Of a DNA stretch of 64,000 bases, positions 25,905-38,911 are shown in pieces. The translations under genes and the position numbers were made by a program. The notes below the pieces were generated by a model. It was not told where the DNA came from and did no database searches. It was given only the letters and a program-made list of their open reading frames with translations. This DNA is from Marsupella aquatica (lineage: Eukaryota > Plantae > Marchantiophyta), in assembly GCA_973895155.1 (NCBI GenBank), contig OZ316892.1:6493251-6557250 (forward strand). Reading direction: 5' to 3'. How positions within the stretch are numbered: position 1 is the first letter of the stretch; each line of letters opens with the position of its first letter.

Positions 25905-26716
25905 CATTTGAGGTACTGGACTCCAACTGAGGTAAAGGCAGCTCCCACTTTAGCCCCGTTTGCCAATAGAATAGTTCATGCATGCCAACAACAGGTAAAC
26001 AGATGACATATTAGCAACTTGATCAGAAATTATTTACTTGGGTACGTTACCTAATCTCATTTCATATTGTAAGTGGCATTGGGTATTTGAAGGAGACCTG
26101 AATTGTACAAATCAAAATGACAAAAGTTTACAAAACCAAATAAAGGCCTACCTCAACCAGATTTAGGGCAAGGGTGTTCACAGTAGTCAGCAATCTCGGA
26201 CCCTTCAAAACAGTGAGTACAATAACAAACATTAATCATAATGTCCAACAATCCCCTCCTTCATTCTTTGTCTTTTGAATTCATTTGTTGAAATGATCCT
26301 CTTCATCAAGGCAGTTTGTTGTGGGCAAGTACTAGAATAGATTCCAAAAGGGTTTCATGTAATGTACATATTTAATTAAACATATAGTGTTTTTGTGCAG
26401 TAGTAAGAATGAAATACACACTCAGTCTTCAAAATTATCAAAAATGAGAAAGTTTGAGAAAGTTCAGAGACCCGGGTTGAGAGCGTTCTTAAGGCTGTGG
26501 GTTTAGAAAGGCAATACTACAATACTTGAAAGACATTAAGTGAAGTTTGCCTTCTTATGGCCAGATCCCTGAAAAGGGACAACAAAAATTTTAAGACCTT
26601 GGGTGGATTTTAGGTCTTGCTCAGGTCAGTGTGATGTTTTTTAGTTTTTTTGTTATGTATCTCCATTCAGGCTCTTCACATGTTTGCCACTGACACTCTT
26701 AACAGTCATCATACAA

Positions 26717-27163
26717 TCAGAATTGATACTGGTCTTTCTCCAGTAAGTGTTGCTCTACTCTAGGGCAAACAGTCTCAACCCCTGATCCCAAGACTGGCTC
26801 ATCATGGTGGAACATTATACAGGCACACCTCCTCTACAGCCTATTGTATCCATCCCGCCTATATATATCCCCTAGGCGCACTCGACATTTTGGGCAAAAA
26901 TCCTCACAACTGTGGATACAGGCAGAGTAGCATATCTGCTCTGGTTGTACCACTCCATTATCAACTGCCACAATACAAAAACCTATGGGCAAGGGTGGAG
27001 CATCCAGAGTAATGGGCCAACTGTACGTGTCTCTATGTACAGGCGAAAACTCCCATTGCACAGCAGAACTGGCAGGGACCAACCTCATTCCACTCAACTT
27101 CAGGCGTAGCCTCTCAGCTCTGCCTTCAAGGTCAGCTCCCAAGCTGCTACGCGTCCTTGGCAT
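26717..27163 (-). pseudogene. 148-aa Cys-rich cargo ORF of CACTA-A1, with one premature stop
   Basis: Homologous to the intact ORF 46779-47225; CAG>TAG at 26834. Confidence 0.65.
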
Positions 27164-27582
27164 CACTGTAACAGATACAAGAAGCAATAGCTTATCCAAC
27201 CCAAACGCTTCAATGAATTTCATGCAACAATTTAGCATTCAACTATTTCATACAATCACACAGTTTAGTCCATTTGAGTTTAGTCCATTAGACAGTGTAG
27301 TCCACTTCATACAATCAGACAATTTAGTCCTTTTCATACAATCAAACAGTTTAGTCCATTTCATACAATCATCCTACTTTAGTCCAATTCAGCTTAGTCC
27401 GTTGAATCCAACTTGACACAGTACTCCATTTTCATCCAACCAAAAACTCAGGTGCTCCACTGTACCCCTTTAGTCCATTTTTTTTATGTCCAGTATACTT
27501 CCATAAGTCCTTAGCCCATTTTAAGTTCAGTATACTTTGTACTATGCAGTGTTTTCTACACAACTGAAGGCTTAATTATGAT

Positions 27583-28281
27583 CTATTTGAAATCATGTGG
27601 TGGCACCTCAGAACCCTCTGGAATGACATGACAATTGCAGTACACCATACGCCATGGTCCAATATCCCACGTTTCTCTACCCTTCACCCCTCTCTTGAGG
27701 TGTTTGTCTGCCTCTGGTCCCTCATCCCTGCACCATGCACGAGGGCACCTATGACACTGGATAAATTCCCAGATGCCATCCCGATACTCCTTGCAAACAT
27801 CACAATAATGCCTTGGGCATATCAAAGCAGCGGGATGTGCATCTAAGTTCTCTGCATACCCCAAGAGAGGCAACTCCCTTGCCCTCAGTATGGTCCACAG
27901 ACAACCCACGTGATAGAAAGAAAAGCAATCATCTTGTGCACATTGAACCACAAGGGGCTCATCTGTAGTGGGCTTTAGGGTTCGGCCAAGTAGTCCACAA
28001 GCAAAGCAACGACCTCGGTTCTGCTGGCAGAGTTCACAAAGCCACTCCTTGGCCCAATCATGCCCTCTAGAAATGGCAATGCGTGTGCACTCAGACCCAT
28101 GGCCATCAGGCTCCTCGGGATCCCGCCCAACAACTAAGTAATGGAAATGACGACTACAAGGCCCATCGCAGAACAAAACAGTACCTCCCTCATCACATTC
28201 AAAACAACAAGGGGGATCCATGCGAAGGTGCTCTTTATGGGCAAACTTTGGATCTAGCCAGGCAGCAGCAACCCGTGCCAT
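27583..28281 (-). CDS. EDM2/NSD-type tandem PHD-finger protein (232 aa), cargo of CACTA-A1
   Basis: CFECDEGG..LFCDGPCSRHFH..C..WLCELC..CFACG.LG..VQC....C.SFYH.GC..LICPRHYCDVC..QCHRCPRAW..MVYC..HVI, the ligand spacing of the EDM2/NSD PHD cassette. Confidence 0.85.
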   Translation of the reverse strand: MARVAAAWLDPKFAHKEHLRMDPPCCFECDEGGTVLFCDGPCSRHFHYLVVGRDPEEPDGHGSECTRIAISRGHDWAKEWLCELCQQNRGRCFACGLLGRTLKPTTDEPLVVQCAQDDCFSFYHVGCLWTILRARELPLLGYAENLDAHPAALICPRHYCDVCKEYRDGIWEFIQCHRCPRAWCRDEGPEADKHLKRGVKGRETWDIGPWRMVYCNCHVIPEGSEVPPHDFK

Positions 28282-30509
28282 GCCTGATGTGATGTGTGGA
28301 TCTGCACAATTACCTTAAATATTACAAGAAGTCTATGGCATGGAGAAGGGCAACAAACAAGTACAAAGATGGTATGCTTAGTGTACTTACCGTAATCTGA
28401 GGTTTAAGTACACGTCAGAAGATGTCCTGCCCAACTCAGTCTCACGGAGTAGAAGCAATGTCAAAAATAACTTGGCTCTGGTTTATGTGTTGTGCGCAGA
28501 GAGCAACAAGTTAAGCATACTTGGTAAATGTAGTGATCAATCAAGGAATTACCAATGCTGCCTCTAAATTCCTATGTACTCGATTTCTATTAGAGGTGTT
28601 GAGAAACAAACAAAATATGAGAGATTGAGTAGAAGAGCAAACATGGCTCAATGCAGTGGCTTAGGTAGAACCTTAGCAACAACTCTTACTTTGTTTCATT
28701 TAACTCCACACAGAGCCGGGCTTTTTTCAGTGATGGATCAACAAAGACATATTATATTTGATGGGATCAACAGACAGACAAGGTAATTTTGAATAGCAAA
28801 AATTAATCCGAAAAAGTTTGCAATTCAAACACATCCTACAAATCACTCCCAACATCTCTTCTAAAGACAATGGGGATTTCTCAGATAATCTCAACAACAA
28901 ACCAATAACAACAGTAGACACACGACAATAATGCAAGCAAAACTGGAGCAAGCCCACCTCCACTGGACCCTTGTTAGGTAGCACCACTACCAAACAGAGG
29001 TCCAATCTTCCTTAGAATCCTCAAAATTGATGCAAGCGGAAATGCAGGCAGGAATGCAGCTCCAATCGCACCTCGACAGCAACTAGTCTCTGCAGATATG
29101 TAGGTCCAATGTGGTTCCAACACAAGTAAGATTTGGGAAGAGTCAAAACTATCATGGATCTCCTCACAGCGAGCAAACCTTAGCAGTCACACAATATTTA
29201 GTGGCTACTTTGAAAAAACATTAAAAAAGTCAATGCTCGCAGGTGAAGGAGTAGGATAGAAGGCAAATATATCAATTCTTTCCCTAAGCTTGAGCAAGCA
29301 ATTTGTCGGAAAAGCAACAGAGACCTACCGCTACATAGGAAATTAGATGTTGTCAAACAGAGCTTGGTCTTCAATTCAAAAGAGACTCGGGATAGACAGG
29401 ACCGCAACTTTTTGTGAGGGAGGGGGGCGCTGACTACAACGGATTCAAGATTAGCACAACTAACCTTGTAGGTTGTTGCAACTCCAATGTCCTCCTCCAA
29501 TTGGCTCAATGTTCAATTCGCAGGAAATGAGTATACTGCACGACATTACATAGTAAGCGCAGTATACCAAAAGACAAAACTTGGACCATGGCCAGACAAT
29601 GACAGAAACAAATCAGTGAACATTATACAGGGACTGTGAATCCCAAGCCAACAAAGCAACAATCCCAACCCTGTACAGAGATCAATAACATTCCAGCAGT
29701 GCAGGTCTGGTACAAAATGCTGGTATCTTTGTTTTTCATGATTGAAGAGCAAATTCCAGCAAACAAGGACTCGGAAATGAGAGACAGCAAAGTACCTGAT
29801 AGCAAGGTACCCGAGGTAGAACATTTAGGCAAGGGTCGGAAACAGGGACACACTTACACAAGCTCGATGTACATAACTGAATGGCAAATGAGGTTGGGAC
29901 TAATACTAGGCGCATTGGAAAGGGAGAACTTCAATTTACGATTGTAAGGGGCAGCATCCAGCAAAGAGGAAGCAAAAGCGCAAAATTTGCAGCATGGCAA
30001 AGGGGACAGGAAGCATGAAATCAAAGCATGGCCGGCAGGGGGAAGAAGCACAGCAGGTGGACAGAGAATGCACAACTATCCAAGATACCTCAGAGACGCG
30101 CTATATTCAATGTGGATGAAATGGTAGCAGGTAGCGGCAGTGGTGTTGCAGCAACTCCCTCCGTAGCTCTAGCCAAAGGCGCAGAGCGGACCTCTCGTTC
30201 ACGTTGCAGCTCCAACATGTAGGACGGTTAGCATTGCCCAAGTGCGCGTAGCTTGAGCTCCCTTTCACCTGGTTTTTCCCTAATGACAACCCGCGGCCAA
30301 AGCTAGTCCCAAACGCAAATGCCTCCCTATTCACAGTGCACAGCTTCGAATCAATCCCACCGTCCTCACCGATCAGTCCCACCTCGCGAATGGCTTGCGG
30401 ATGGAATGCAGAGACTAAGCGCAAGAGACCGGGCCACACTCCATCCACACTGAAAAGATGTGGAGCAGCACGCACAACCTTCAAGAAACATAGGCGCAAC
30501 GGACCTCAA

Positions 30510-30770
30510 CTCCTTTGCCCTAAAACGCAACAGCGACCTCACAGCGGCCTCACAGCAGTGACCTTGTAGCAGCGACCTCACAACAGTGCCCTTGCACCTC
30601 AAATCACTGCTCAGGACCGAGCTTGCGCGCAGCAGCAACCTTGCAGCACCGAGCTTGCGTGAAGCAGCAACCTTGCACTTCAACTCACCGCTCAGCCCCG
30701 ATCTTCAGCAGCGACCTTGCACCTCAACTCGCAGCAGTGACCTGACTCGCACCTCCACTCGCTGCTCAAG
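30510..30770. repeat. Degenerate short repeats (GCAGCGACCTTGCACCTCAA-like) near the putative 5' end of the A1 transcript
   Basis: CAGCGACCT / CAGCAACCTTGCA motif recurs about 8 times. Confidence 0.65.
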
Positions 30771-31529
30771 TTCACGAGAATACCTAACTCCCAACGTGAA
30801 CTTGTGACTTGTGTGACCGGTGTGACTGAACATTTTCTGAACCCAGGTCTGAATTTCTTATGGGAAAATGGGATCCAATGTGGCCAGGCATTGTTTCGTG
30901 GGATCCAACGAAGATAGGGATGACACATGATTGGCAAATAAGGCTTTGGGACACCAACGGGAATTTTACTGGGATGTTGAGGGTAGTAATGGAGTCAATC
31001 TCGGTTCCATAATACCCCTCTAACATTATTATCCCCTCGCCAATCAATTTTAGGAGATGGAGGAAGTTTGGGGCCAAATGCTTTTTTGATGACACAAATA
31101 CTTGTCACAAGTATGTATTACCATTTACAATAACCAGTGACTCAAAAACTTAATGTACTGGTGGCCTTTGAAACCCATTGATGTGGAAACCTAGGTGCCA
31201 AAATTGCCAAATAACTGTATATGCATGTAACACAAAACAAATTACAAACATATGCATAGGTTTAGGATGTACATCCTCATTGACACGTCACAATTACCTA
31301 AGTGAGGAAGTCATTTGGTGGACATTCTCATAAAATTAGTCACTCACATATTAAATCACTAATCTCATAGTCCTCAGTCCTAGGGTTGACAACATAAATG
31401 ACTTGTTTTGATGTCATTGCCCAAAACCTAAACTCACGGCACTCCATAATAGCCAAAATGCAATACATTCTTTGTGGGTAGCATCCTTAATGGTGGGCTC
31501 CTATCACCAATCTGACCAATCCCGCATCC

Positions 31530-32430
31530 AAGCACCCAAAGAGTCATATTGTCCATGGCATGCGTGACTGCCGCATTGACATCAACAATGACTCATTTTC
31601 ACGTCAAATGCATAAATGACGTATTAGAGGACACACAAATGACTCTAAATCCTTTCCAAATGACCAAATGTGAGTGGTTTGCACCCCTTCAAGCAAATGA
31701 CTCCAAAGTCATACAACTTGGGAGTGTTTTGCCCAAAGTTGGGCCGTGCCCTTCCTTGGTGCAAAAAGTTGGCTACAAAAAACCTTTAGGAGGCAAAGTG
31801 CCATAACTAGTGGCGCAAGGTTTGAGAGTACCCTATCCCGCACCATGTGGAGTGGATAGCATGCCTAGTGGCCGGCTACTATCACAAATATTGCCAATCA
31901 GCCCCCGAAGGCCCAAACAAGTCATATTACCCATGGCATGCATGACTGCAACATTGACATCATGAATGACTGAGTTTTGTGTCATTTGCACAAATGACGT
32001 CTCTTGGCACTCCCAAAATGACAAAAACCCTTAGTCATGCGCACAAATGACTCTAAATCCTTTCCAAATGACCAAATGTGAGTGGTTTGCACCCCTTCAA
32101 GCAAATGACTCCAAAGTCATACAACTTGGGAGTGTTTTGCCCAAAGTTGGGCCGTGCCCTTCCTTGGTGCAAAAAGTTGGCTACAAAAAACCTTTAGGAG
32201 GCAAAGTGCCATAACTAGTGGCACAAGGTTTGAGAGTACCCTATCCCGCACCATGTGGAGTGGATAGCATGCCTAGTGGCCGGCTACTATCACAAATATT
32301 GCCAATCAGCCCCCGAAGGCCCAAACAAGTCATATTACCCATGGCATGCATGACTGCAACATTGACATCATGAATGACTGAGTTTTGTGTCATTTGCATG
32401 AATGACGTCTCTCGGCACTCCCAAAATAAC
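31530..32430. repeat. 408-bp subterminal tandem repeat (~2.2 copies)
   Basis: CTATCCCGCACCATGTGGAG at 31833 and 32241 (period 408); rich in ATGAC/GTCAT. Confidence 0.92.
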
Positions 32431-33027
32431 AATAGCAAATACAGGCATCTAGCACCTAAACCCTAAACCTACACCAGATAATATTATCTGTTAAGTCTCT
32501 AAATATATTTAAAATCTAATTTGTGTGTGCCCCTAGTCTTTATAGTACCATGCGTGTTGGATAGCTAATATATAATACCCTACAAAGTTAAATCATATAC
32601 TAAAACCCTAGACCTCAAAATAGTCATATATTGTTTATCATGTCATTTATCACTTTAGGTTTAAATGACTACTAACATTTTTAAACATTGATATTTCCAT
32701 ATTTGTTTTAGTAGTCATTAGTTACTGTCATCCTAAATTACTTCCCAAATGTCAAACATTGATATGACAAGGTTATTGTCATTTGTGTCATTGACAAAGA
32801 TTGTCCAAAATGACTACAACTCGTTGGTGTTGTCATTATAGTAGTCACGGTCATTTGGCTCATTGGTTTAAATGACCCTATTGCAATTATTAGTCATTTT
32901 TTTCACCCTGTCATTATAGACAGTCATTTATGTGTCATTCATGCCCTGTCATTAAAATATATTGTCATTTGGGCACACCAGTCATATGTGTCATAGTCAT
33001 AAAAGGCCCCATTTTCTACTAGTGAGG

Positions 33028-35608
33028 GTCGACGGTTAGATTACCTTATAGTTCCTGAAATCAATTTTCAGGCGAAAGTGTATAAGAGGAACATACTGAG
33101 AGAGAGAAGGCGTGTGAGAATGCTACAACACCGTCTATGCATGCTGCATGCACGAGTCCCTTCACTGAGGGATGTCTGCGAGGAGTCATGGAATAGGAAA
33201 GATGTGTTCAAATTTTGCAATTCCATTGTGTTGGCTCATCGAAGAGGAGCCTTTGGTGGGAGAGATGCATTGTGGGATTTGCTGAGAGATGTAGCTTCCA
33301 ACCTCAATAGGGAAAAGCATGGTCAGAGGTGGCAATCAGGGTCAAAGCTACTTGTCCAAACACTGTACCAACATGGTGGAAGACGTGTAGTTGACTGCCT
33401 ACAGACTAATGGTCTAGGCCCTAGTCTGAACACCCTTCAACGAGATCGAAGGGGTATGGCAGTGTTTCGTGTTGGTATACGAGCGGAGCAATTCAAGTTT
33501 GTGGCCGAAGTGTACTCTCGACTGAAACAGAGGATGGGTATCGATGGTCCTGTGCCATGCTATGTGGCTGAGGATGAGACTGTTGTGAAGCGCACAGTCA
33601 GGTGATTTCATTGTCATGATTATCATCTATCATTGAATTTGAGCTCGGTACTTGTTACCATGCCTAGATTGACTCGGAAATTCACTAAAGTTTTCAACTG
33701 CCATGCAGATGGCAGCCTAAACATGATACACTTTTGGGATTTTGTGGAGAGAAAGAGAACCATAAATGTGTGGTGGGCTTAACCGTGAAGGTTGGAGAGG
33801 GAGAGGAGGGCTTCAACAACATAACTGAAGCCTTTCAAACATATGTTGTTGGCCACCAAGCAAGAGCGCTTGTAGTGAATCCCCTGGTTCGTGGATTTCC
33901 TCGACTCTGTGTAGGAGGTACCATTACATGCAACAAGTTTAAGGCGGACGATGTAAGAGATCAATGGAATGACATTGGATCCCTATGGACCACTCATTGC
34001 TTGCAGTCAGTCGGCCCGCTCTTGGGCCATGCTAGTGATGGGGATTCTCGTAGGAGGAAGCTCATGCTGGAAGATTACACTGGTAAAGGAATACAGGGGC
34101 CCAAACAGAACCTTTGCTGGGAAGGATGGCTATTGAGTCACTCGTTTACCACTGAGGGGCCCTATGTGCATGCTCATGGGTTACATGATCAAGATTACAT
34201 CCACAATGGGAAGAAGCTCATCAACACATTGGATTCCTTGGCTAGAACATTGAAATTAGGGGCGCATGTGGCAAGTTGGAGTCATTTGGGGACTGTACAG
34301 AAGCTTGGTAGCCATGATGAACATGGCATTAACCTTGCAGAGATTGGGCATAATGATAGAAAAAATTGGGCTAGTGCACAGAGACTTTGTAGTAGGAAAG
34401 TAGTCTCATCATTGAGGAAGCTTCGACAACGGAAGGATGTGAAAGTGGAGATGTCACTCGGGACTGAGATTTATGTAACCATATGTGCAGACTATTTTGA
34501 TGTGTTCATGAACACATCCCTTACTTTGCGGCAACGGATTGTCTTATGTGGAAAAGTTGGTTTCTTTTTCAGACTTTGAGACTCTGGTGTTTCCATGGGA
34601 ACCATATTGTAGGTGGTAATACACAGCCAAATAGTTTTACAGAAAGTTGCGTCCCTATGCAAACTTTCCTGGACATTCAAATATCAGTGCATATTGTGGT
34701 CCTTCTGATAGTCCAGTTTAGAGAGAATTTCCGACATCTGCCAGTACCCTTGCAGATGACAGGCTTTGACTGTTGTGAACAATTTTTCTCTAAAGTAGGT
34801 GGGATGAAAGGGAATGAGCAAAACTATGACTTTTCGGAACTTGTTGACTGTGCAACCTCTTTAAACAGGTTGGCAGCAATGGACCTGAGTTGTGGGATTG
34901 TAGGTGCAGGGAAAGTCATAAGAAGCACAGGTCCATTTGGATGTCTCTCATTCCAGGCCCTAAGGAGGATGCTGATCAAGCAGATTATTCAGGCATAGAA
35001 ACAAATGAGGAAGTTGCGGCAGCTTTGAAAGAGGGGTTGTTGTTGGCGCAAAATGCTGCCACTCAACTTGAAATGAACCCATTCACATCTTGCAAAGACA
35101 AAGTGTGGTGGGATTCACCATGGATCATGGAACAAAAGGGGTCAAAGTTTGATGGATGGTGTGATGTTCGAGTGGATGATCTCAATCCATCGGATGATGT
35201 ACTAGGTCCCCCAATCCAGCTCTCAACAGGACCTGTAGTTGGGCCATAGGTCCCGAGTACAGTACCGCCTTCTGTAGATCCTACTGTTGAAATACCTGTT
35301 GAAACTCCTATGGAAACGGAGTTGTTAGTAGACGAGGGAGATGATGGGGTTCCAGATGTTCAGATAGCTTCTGCTGGATGTGTGGCAGTTATGTCCGAGA
35401 TTTATGCTGACCTGGTGTATGGTGAGCCTATTGTTGATGTGAAACCTACTGTGAGTTTCCAGGGTTGGCAAATATACAAGAGCACATTGGTTAGTCAGCT
35501 TGTTGGGAATCCCCATCTTAGTAAGGACCGTTTGACTCGCGTGAAGCAGAGCATTTATTTCACCAATTTAGTGGATAAGCCAGTGAATCGAGGTGTACCC
35601 ACTATGTT
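33028..35608 (+). pseudogene. P-like transposase catalytic core
   Basis: AEDET (D1), intron 33602-33708, GHASDGDSRRRK (D2), DQDYIHNGKK (DxxH), DCCEQFFS (E); frameshifts near 34577 and 34895, stop at 35247. Confidence 0.8.
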
Positions 35609-35629
35609 CACTAGTACATTTTGACCCAT

Positions 35630-36215
35630 TTTTCCGACTCTCTCCCCATCGGACGGCTTTGTAAAATATTCGGCGAAAAAACCACCGATCCGATCCTCTA
35701 AGAATCGCAATATGCCATGGCTACGCCATCGGATACCGACAATCGGATGACTATCGAAATCTCCGATTCCTTAAGAAACAGAAAGTGCCATGCCCACAAC
35801 ATCGCAAATAAGTCCATCCGAATCTTATTTCTTCATCGGATGCCCATGTAAAAGGATAAACAAGAGAACGTCCGATTCGATACAAGTTCGATTCTTCAAG
35901 AATTGGATGTTTTGTTGCCTGGTACATGGCAATTTGCCAATTTTGTGAAATCGGAATGTGCGAAGGTATCATTTTCGGACTTAGCGATGGCTGGTGGATC
36001 TGAATGTCCGATAGTTTTCTGGCTTCGGAAGTTACGATGCTTATAGAATGGGAATGTGCAAAGCGTGAATCATGGGAAATTGCAATGGCCGTGGCGTGGG
36101 AAAGTGCGAAGGTATGAACATGGGAAAGAGCGAATGTTTGGAAATCGGAAATTGCGAAGGTTAGAGAATGGGAAGGTCCCATTCTAGTGAAATGGGATAG
36201 GCATCGGATGGATGC
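35630..36215. repeat. CACTA-B left subterminal TCCGAT/ATCGGA motif field
   Basis: Dense TCCGA/TCGGA motifs in both orientations, mirrored at 61830-62305. Confidence 0.8.
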
Positions 36216-36463
36216 ATTGGATCTTATTTCTGGTTTTTAATTAATTGGTGCAATATATTTGCACTTGTGAGGGCTCATTAATGCTCATACAAGTCATGTT
36301 GGGGTGGGATATGGCATGGTTGGACAAAAATGAGAGTCATGCTAATAATGAGAATGTCCCAATATGTGTACAAAAGAGCCCATCCATGGGCAATGACCCC
36401 CACACAAATAGGGGTGATTCCCTCCTACAGTATAACTGTACCTACACCATAACATCATTCTAC

Positions 36464-37897
36464 CTAGCCCGAGAATGGACCATTCCTTCGCCTCCGTTTC
36501 TGCGCTGGGCGACGTCTCTCCCTAGTCCCCCTAGTGGCCACATCCTGTTGGGTGGTGTCCAGGCCACCACTGGAGGGCTCAACACCTACACTAGGTGCTC
36601 CAACAGTAGAGGCAGTCCCTACACCTCCACTTACCCCAACACCGGCAGATGGAGCACATGGTACTAACCTCTCCAACTATAGTTGGCTGAGACCCTGCAG
36701 GTACACAACCACCACCACCATGTGATGCCCCAGACTGTTGAGACCCCTCTCCGCTAACGCGACCTCCTGAGTGTTGGGATGGCAGCCGTCCAGCCAAACC
36801 AGATCCATGTTGGGAAGGAACTCCAACACCGCGTGACACCCCAGACTGTCGGGACCCCGACCCACTGCCGCCTCCTGAGTGCTGCCGTCCACCCAAACCA
36901 GATGGATGCTGGGATGGAACACCAAGACTGCATGATGCCCCAGAGCAATGAGAACCTGCTCCACCACTACCAAGTCATCCTCGAGACCCTACAGCATTGC
37001 CAACATGCATAGACACCTCACACTGTCTACTCCGTGCAACTGCTGGGGCCCTTTGACGACGGACAAGGCGAGGACTAGTCTCCACACTCTCACTCTCATC
37101 AGACCCCGCTTTGCCTGGAGATCCCTCCTCCTCATCCTCACTCTCATCTAAGTCATCCTCCTCCTGTAGAAGACAACATGTTAGCAACCCTGCTAAATAA
37201 TGATGTCTTCAAGTGAGGCCAAACATTCAAGAAAGATCTATGAATGCTTGTACTCACTGAAGCTAGCTCATCCTCCATGTGTCGCCGTAATGCCCGTGGA
37301 CCCCTCTTCATTGCAATGTCTCGCTCTTCCGGCATAATGGGTCATCCATGCTCACGCAACTACAACATGCAATCACCATCCTCAAAACCCATCCCAATTC
37401 AAAACCCACCCCAATCTCAACAGCCACCACCTAGCAAACATTCCCAAACTTGGTAGAAAAAAGGTTTAACAAACGAACTTAACCAACCCTAATTTAATTT
37501 CCGATGTAATTTCCGATTCTCCCGACTACAGACCAGTATCGGACCCCTCTTTCAAAAATTGCATCACAACTACTTCCGATGCAGGATCCGATTCTCTGAG
37601 TATCGGATGACAATGGGAACCAACAATTAAAAAATTAAGCCAGATTGATCGATTGGCCGAGAGCCGTTGGGACAGCGATTGAGCAAGGAAGGAGGATCGG
37701 GGGATAACAGAATGGACCAAGACAACTTCTATGGGCTTTTTCGAAGGAATGAATGCCTCAGGTGATCAAGGAAGCAAGTGGAACATTGCAACGAGGAGAT
37801 GAGGAAGACAGGACTTACAAATTCAGCCTTCAAGCGAAGCGAGCCACCCTGCCCCATGCGGTGAGTCACCCTTGGCCTCTCTGCAACTCTTTGCAAT
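36464..37897 (-). pseudogene. CACTA-B TnpA-like gene, 3' exons
   Basis: Frame continues across the A2 insertion: TKA-L-QRVAERPRVTHRMGQGGSLRLKAEF then GTAAGT; later exons MPEERDIA..DELAS and an acidic/Gly-Ser tail; internal stops. Confidence 0.7.
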
Positions 37898-38239
37898 CAC
37901 TAGTGGAAAATAGTGTCTTTAATGACTAGAATGAGGACTGAAAAACGAGTCATATGTACCAATATATGACTAGAGATTTTCTGTCATACCTGCCTCGTCT
38001 TTTAGGACAGTCAATTAAGACAAATGACTAAAACTCTCACCAGTCATTTATGGTAGTCCTAAATGACACAATATTTCTGAAATGACATGTTGTCCTAAAT
38101 GACTGAATGAACGGTCGTCAGTCATTTAGGCATATCTTTAATAACACATATTTAAACAAATCATATTACAACACGTGGCAACTACACATGGTTGTCATTA
38201 TATGTCATTTCAGACATGTCATAAATGACACAATAATAC

Positions 38240-38555
38240 ATCATTTAAGGTGTCATTTAGTGTGTCATTGAAGGTGTCGTACATGGTGTCATTAAAAATA
38301 TCATAAAAGGTGTCATACAAGGTGTCATTGAGGGTGTCATTGAGGGTGTCATACATGGTGTCATTGAGGGTGTCATACATGGTGTCATTGAGGGTATCAT
38401 ACATGGTGTCATTGAGGATGTCATACATGGTGTCATTTAGGGTGTCATACATGGTGTCATTGAGGGTGTCATACAGGGTGTCATACATGGTGTCATTGAG
38501 GGTGTCATTGAGGGTGTCATACATGGTGTCATTGAGGATGTCATACAGGGTGTTT
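38240..38555. repeat. 12-bp subterminal tandem array of A2
   Basis: Same units as 17960-18275 in a different order. Confidence 0.92.
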
Positions 38556-38911
38556 TTAAGTAATGTCATTTGGGATGTATCTAAGAAGAGCTCATAGTTA
38601 TATTCAAAATCACATACAATGAATCCACTTAAACCCTAAACAAAGACATCACTTTGTGCATCATCATTGTATTCAGAAATTCACACTCCAACATTCACAA
38701 GCTCTAATATAGAATAATTGAAAAAACAGAAGTCATCATTGTATTCAGAAATTCACATTCCGACATTCACAAGCTCTAGTATAGAACAATTGAAAAAACA
38801 GAAGTCTTTATGATGAAGTGATAGAAAGTACACATTTTTCACTCGCATGAGTGAAACAATGGTAACCAAAATATTCAAAAATTCTCTGTTCTACATGATC
38901 AGAGAAAATGT

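Larger units (their letters stand above)
17618..33024 (-). mobile_element. CACTA (En/Spm) element A1, 15.4 kb
   Basis: TIRs CACTAGTGGAAAAT / ATTTTCTACTAGTG; 3-bp TSD AGG (17615-17 and 33025-27); TnpD- and TnpA-like genes. Confidence 0.97.

Noticed and set aside
28574-31095. Many 70-130-aa ORFs in the A1 leader (and 48.2-51.3 kb in A2)
   Set aside because: Not conserved between the two copies and no motifs; likely chance ORFs in introns or UTR
36184-36189. CTAGTG as the right end of a short CACTA starting at 35609
   Set aside because: Followed by AAA, not the GTT TSD; the true end at 62325 has a longer TIR match, the TSD, and restores the host frame
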